A stretch of 64,000 nucleotides of DNA from Octopus sinensis (taxonomy: Eukaryota), in NCBI RefSeq assembly GCF_006345805.1, contig NC_042997.1, positions 77,314,001 through 77,378,000 on the forward strand. Direction: 5' to 3'. Numbering within the stretch: the first letter of the stretch is position 1; every line of letters begins with the position of its first letter. The notes below the pieces were generated by a model that was not told the DNA's origin, ran no database searches, and worked only from the letters and a program-made list of their open reading frames with translations. The translations under genes and the position numbers were made by a program. Positions 60,771 through 64,000 of this stretch are shown here, piece by piece.

Positions 60771-61119
60771 TTCCAAACCACATCGTTCCCTAGGCCATGC
60801 TGACTAACATTTTCCCTGTATAAAAACTAAATCCACGCAGTACCCAGTAATTTGCTTCACAAATTTTCCGAAATTTGATCCCCGATTTTGTGTTTGTTTA
60901 CAATCTGCGTAAGTTTGTTTCCGCATTGATCGCTTCAAACAATAACTTCCAGACCACATCGTACCCTAAGCCATGCTGACTAACATTAGTTTCCCTGTAT
61001 AAAAACTAAATCCACAACAGTACCCAGTATTTGCTTCACAAATTTTCCAAACTTTGAACCCCGATTTTGTGTTTGTTTACAATCTGCGTAAGTTTGTTTC
61101 CGAAGTGATCGCTTCAAAC
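60771..61119. repeat. 176-bp two-copy tandem repeat
   Basis: Units start TTCC A(A/G)ACCACATCGT at 60771 and 60947; highly similar by eye. Confidence 0.9.
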
Positions 61120-61634
61120 TAGCATACTGAAAAAAATAAAAGTCTAATGATTTCACTTCCTAAGAAAGGCTATAGATAAACTTTATCTCCTCAGAAAAAT
61201 TGCTAATAAAAACATTTAAAAAGTTTTTTTACTTCATTCCGATGTAAAATCGTCTTCGCTGTCGCCTTCGCCGCTTTGTTTCTTCGGAAGGCGCTGCTTT
61301 CATTTTCGGATAAAAAAATATTCATTATTTTGTACACCACGTGCTTTAGTACCTATTTCATTCTTTTTCTCGATATCTCCCTATTTTCCGTTGAAAAAGC
61401 TTTAAATTCGGAATCAATGCTTGATAACATGAAACTCCTATCCATTTTCAAAGTTGAAGAAAAATCGATGCCGAAAAACATGTGGAAAAAAATCTCCCAA
61501 AATTCACTGAGTTGAGATATCACTTCAAGCAATGTCGGATACTATAACTTAACTATTTACAATGTGAAATCACATGTTTTAACGAATGTACCAATGAGAT
61601 TTGGGTTAAAATTTACATTTAAATAACAATAGGT

Positions 61635-61695
61635 TCTCATAGCCGGGTACGGCCGGCTTGGTATTATGAACCAAAAAATTTTACGGCCGGGTTAA
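61635..61695 (-). mobile_element. Orphan TTAA-type transposon terminus
   Basis: TTAA|CCCGGCCGTA with a subterminal repeat of TACGGCCGG; partner end not found. Confidence 0.5.
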
Positions 61696-61728
61696 AAAAT
61701 AAAATTGAATGAATAAAAACATATCTTA

Positions 61729-61860
<132 letters not shown>

Positions 61861-62997
61861 CTACCATCAAAGGCAATATTGGTCAAAATTAGTTTATATC
61901 TTAGCTTATACAAAATATCAATTTATCAGAAGTTTCTAAATAATTTTATAATTTTGAATTTTAACTGTCATTGACAGTGACAAAAAAAAAAATCATGTAT
62001 TAAAATACCAGCAAAAGGTGAAAAGTTCCATTAAAATTCCCTGTTCCTTCTCCTTTATCAATTCAATATATATACATGCATGCATATGTGTATGAAACAA
62101 TTGCAGTTGGATCTCAAGTAAGATGGTAGAGAAAAAAGATTCCATATGTAATGGTTTTACATGAGTAATTAGCAGTCAGTCAATTGCCCAGAAACATCAT
62201 TAGTTGAGGTGAGTCTTGCAAAAGTTTATCAGCCAGACTAAGGACAGAGTGAGGAAAACAAAGTAGTTATTACTTCTTCTAGCAACAAAATGCATTCTTT
62301 TTCTTCTAATAAGAGGTGAATGTATGCTGTTTAAGTACTAAAGAGGGTCACAAGATATGTGATATTAGCATGCATCAAGTGTACTAAGAGAAAAACAGCA
62401 TGAACAGTAACAATCATAGTGTACAGGAGAGAATACTGCACTGGTTATACATATGAGGAATGAAGGGAATAAGTTTCATTCACATGGCTGCAAAGCAAAC
62501 TTCATAGCAACACAACCTTTTGTGGAACACTTACAAACAACTGAAATCCAAAAACAAATGAAAGATGTGAGTACATTTTGTTATTTTAGTACACAGAAAA
62601 ATGAAGAAGATTGTCCTGACATCAGAGAAGTAAGTACCTTTGCATTCCTCTACCCACAAATCTATTCATTCTAAATCCTCTTTGTGGGCAAAGAAATGAG
62701 TAGGATAATTGTCTTCTCATAGGTGGTCAACAAACTGTGAAACATATCAGGGCACTCTTCTTTATTTCCTGAGTATGAAGAGAATAACAAGATGTATTTA
62801 CAACTGTTTAAAGTTCCACAGTGAAAGGCTTAAAAACTGTAGCTTAAATAATTTGATGTATGTTTGATATAGGGGTAAAAGAGAGAGACTGACACAAGAT
62901 GTAACTTACACACACATATGCAAACAAAGTGTTTCCTCCTATTTGCAATTTGAAACAAAAGACTAACAAATAATTAAAAAAACAAAATAAAATCTTA

Positions 62998-64000
<1,003 letters not shown>

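Overview
AT-rich, repeat-dense eukaryotic genomic DNA. The SINE/LINE families look like those of Octopus (coleoid cephalopod); this is my pattern recognition, not a database result. Two host genes converge tail-to-tail. On the + strand are the last 21 coding exons of the nucleoporin NUP188 (239-47455; 792 aa plus stop, all GT-AG, reading phase consistent across every junction). On the - strand are the last 6 coding exons of a GPR107/GPR108-type seven-transmembrane protein (63151-51855). Introns and the intergenic gap carry many transposon remains: three RTE-type LINE lineages (one near full-length, one very young with an intact RT frame), an R4/Dong-type LINE, CR1/L2 fragments, two mariners, a Tc1, a pogo/Tigger, Helitrons, TTAA and hAT MITEs, a solo LTR, a Gypsy gag fragment, two SINE families and microsatellites. 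Most notable: (1) a C4HC3 PHD-type finger inserted inside the reverse-transcriptase domain of the dominant RTE family; (2) a ~142-bp near-perfect intronic palindrome; (3) variable-copy hairpin arrays in the RTE 3' UTR; (4) NUP188-GPR107 adjacency, since both human orthologues lie in 9q34.11. No CRISPR, rRNA or tRNA genes were found. TE boundaries are approximate unless a TSD or TIR is stated.
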